From: a bacterium
GTDB lineage: Bacteria > Hydrothermota > 32-111
DNA: 17,257 nt
Direction: 5' to 3'
NCBI GenBank assembly: GCA_050239825.1
Contig: JBFXGO010000044.1
Location: forward strand, 1 to 17,257
The notes beneath the pieces were generated by a model. That model searched no databases, had not been told where the DNA came from, and saw only the letters and a list, made by a program, of their open reading frames with translations. Of this stretch, positions 15,848 through 17,257 are shown in pieces. Made by a program: the position numbers and the translations under genes. The first letter of the stretch is position 1. The number at the start of each line of letters is the position of its first letter.

Positions 15848-17086
15848 CTATTCGTAGATTACTTTGCTTATGATGAGGTCTCTGACTTTCGTAAAAACTA
15901 TATCGCGCGCAATGTCATCGCGTATATCTTCTGAATCTGCCATATTCCGAACTTTCATGTCAGGATGCTTCTTAATTTCGTCAACCTGCTTTGAAATCTC
16001 ATCCTCTTGCGCCTCTATTTTCTCCTGTTGGGCAATAGTGTGGAGAATGACCTCCCTCTTTGCCCGCCACACGGCATAATTCATGTATAGTTCGCGGAGC
16101 TTTGAATCATCCTTCATCTCTTCCTTGTTCTGTTTCTTCAATGAATTGATTATCGCTTCAAGATGCATGAGAATAAGCGTCTCTGGGACTTCGAAAGGAT
16201 TCTTCTCAATCAGATTGTTTATGACCAATTCATCCCGTTCAAGTTCGAAATCTCTTTCAAAATCGCGCGTTATTCTCTTTTTTGTCATATCAAAAATTTC
16301 GCTGTACGAGTTGAAGCCAAGTTTCTTTGCGAACTCTTCATTGTCTGTAATGAGAATTTTCTTCTTTGTTTCTTTTATCTTTATCTTAATGTTGACTTCC
16401 TTCCCCTTGAGCAATTCGTCCTGATAATCATCTGCATATTTGTATCTGAATTCGAACTCGGCTCCCTTGTTTTTCCCGGTCAGATTCTCTATAAAGACGG
16501 GAAGTATTTCACCTTCAGCAATTTCCACGGAATAGTTGGAATACTTCATCTCCTCAATCTCCTTGCCCTCCGAGTCAAAGACAGAGAGGTCAATAATCGC
16601 GATATCCTGCTTTTCAAGCGGACCCTCTTTATCCTCTATTTTTGCATACATATTTCTGATTATGTTGATGTTGGACTCTACCACATCATCTGTCACTTCC
16701 TTCTTCTTTAGATTGATTTTTATTTCATCGTATCCGTTCATCTCTTTCTCCGGAAATACATCAAATTCTATCTCACAATTGAATGAATCAAGTTTTCTTT
16801 CAACATTCTTCACATAAGGTCTAGATAAAGGATTTATATTTTTTTCCTTTATTGCCACTACAAGAGCTCTCTGCATGAGCTTTTCCTCGGCCTCCTCCTC
16901 GATATTCTTTTTATATCTCTGTTCAATAAGAGAAGATGGCGCTTTCCCCGGCCTGAATCCGTCCATTTTTGCGCCTCGTTTTACATCCTCAAGCTGAATT
17001 TTATACTCTGCAAGGAATTCTTCGTTTGTGAATGATGCAGAAATAGTCATGCGCCATTTGTCTGATAGATTTGTCGTGTAATTCAT
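15848..17086 (-). CDS. tig: Trigger factor, 412 aa
   Basis: Ribosome-binding signature GFRPGKAP, FKBP-like middle domain, helical C-domain (FEVPETLI); canonical position before clpP. SD AAGGAG. Confidence 0.96.
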   Translation of the reverse strand: MNYTTNLSDKWRMTISASFTNEEFLAEYKIQLEDVKRGAKMDGFRPGKAPSSLIEQRYKKNIEEEAEEKLMQRALVVAIKEKNINPLSRPYVKNVERKLDSFNCEIEFDVFPEKEMNGYDEIKINLKKKEVTDDVVESNINIIRNMYAKIEDKEGPLEKQDIAIIDLSVFDSEGKEIEEMKYSNYSVEIAEGEILPVFIENLTGKNKGAEFEFRYKYADDYQDELLKGKEVNIKIKIKETKKKILITDNEEFAKKLGFNSYSEIFDMTKKRITRDFERDFELERDELVINNLIEKNPFEVPETLILMHLEAIINSLKKQNKEEMKDDSKLRELYMNYAVWRAKREVILHTIAQQEKIEAQEDEISKQVDEIKKHPDMKVRNMADSEDIRDDIARDIVFTKVRDLIISKVIYE

Positions 17087-17103
17087 AGTTTCTCCTTAAT
17101 TTA

Positions 17104-17185
17104 TGCGAAAGGGGGGAGTTGAACCCCCACAGAGTTACCTACTGGATCCTAAGTCCAGCGCGTCTGCCAATTCCGCCACTTTCGC
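17104..17185 (-). tRNA. tRNA-Leu (anticodon UAG), CCA not encoded
   Basis: Minus strand GCGAAAG-TG-GCGGAATTGGCAGACGC-G-CTGGA-CTTAGGA-TCCAG-TAGGTAACTCTGT-GGGGG-TTCAACT-CCCCC-CTTTCGC-A. It has a 7-bp acceptor stem, TAG anticodon, long variable arm and discriminator A followed by TAA. Confidence 0.97.
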
Positions 17186-17199
17186 GGATTTAATCTTGT

Positions 17200-17228
17200 A
17201 TTTTATTATATTTTATTATATATGTCAA
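17200..17228 (-). promoter_or_regulatory. Putative sigma70-type promoter for the tRNA-Leu-tig-clpPX-lon operon
   Basis: Minus strand TTGACA (17228-17223), 17-nt spacer, TAAAAT (17205-17200), 14 nt upstream of the tRNA 5' end. Confidence 0.7.
17201..17220. repeat. Perfect 10-bp tandem direct repeat (TTTTATTATA x2) in the promoter spacer/-10 region
   Basis: Read directly from the sequence; on the minus strand it is TATAATAAAA x2. Confidence 0.8.
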
Positions 17229-17257
17229 TAGAAGGCAAAAGAGTGCAAAAGTCAAAA

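Noticed and set aside
16163..16711. 182-aa plus-strand ORF, and other plus-strand ORFs such as 8551-9042, 9731-10243, 12212-12604, 4713-5063 and 283-495
   Set aside because: All lie antisense to well-supported genes, are Ser/Phe/Ile-rich mirror translations, and show no recognisable motifs.
17087..17185. tRNA-Leu as an integration site for a mobile element
   Set aside because: No integrase, no duplicated tRNA 3' end noticed, and core gene tig follows immediately.
1..17257. CRISPR array, transposase, prophage or defence (CBASS-type) genes
   Set aside because: No repeat-spacer array or such protein motifs were seen; the candidate cGAMP synthase is GGDEF-type, not a CD-NTase.

Overview
AT-rich bacterial chromosomal window of densely packed genes, with no mobile element, CRISPR array or rRNA. 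The right ~13.3 kb is one apparent minus-strand operon: tRNA-Leu(UAG), tig, clpP, clpX, lon, ktrB, ktrA, a small TPR protein, a 1333-aa soluble PAS/GAF histidine kinase, and a REC/GAF-like/degenerate HD-GYP response regulator. The left end is a minus-strand unit of lepA, lepB and a partial gene missed by the ORF track that resembles a DUF4388(PATAN)-like + Roadblock/LC7 protein. Between them is the only plus-strand gene, a membrane-anchored GGDEF enzyme. Its guanine-reading Asp (PleD D344 position) is Ser (GHLAGS), the signature of Hypr GGDEF 3',3'-cGAMP synthases. It has a PilS/RegB-like membrane sensor and overlaps tail-to-tail with the catalytically dead HD-GYP regulator. A KtrA with a c-di-AMP-type RCK_C domain lies in the same operon as that regulator. 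The best candidate for a novel system is therefore a cGAMP/mixed cyclic-dinucleotide signalling locus linked to a proteostasis and K+ uptake operon. The motifs are seen in the sequence; the system-level reading is inference. All family assignments were made by eye, without database searches.
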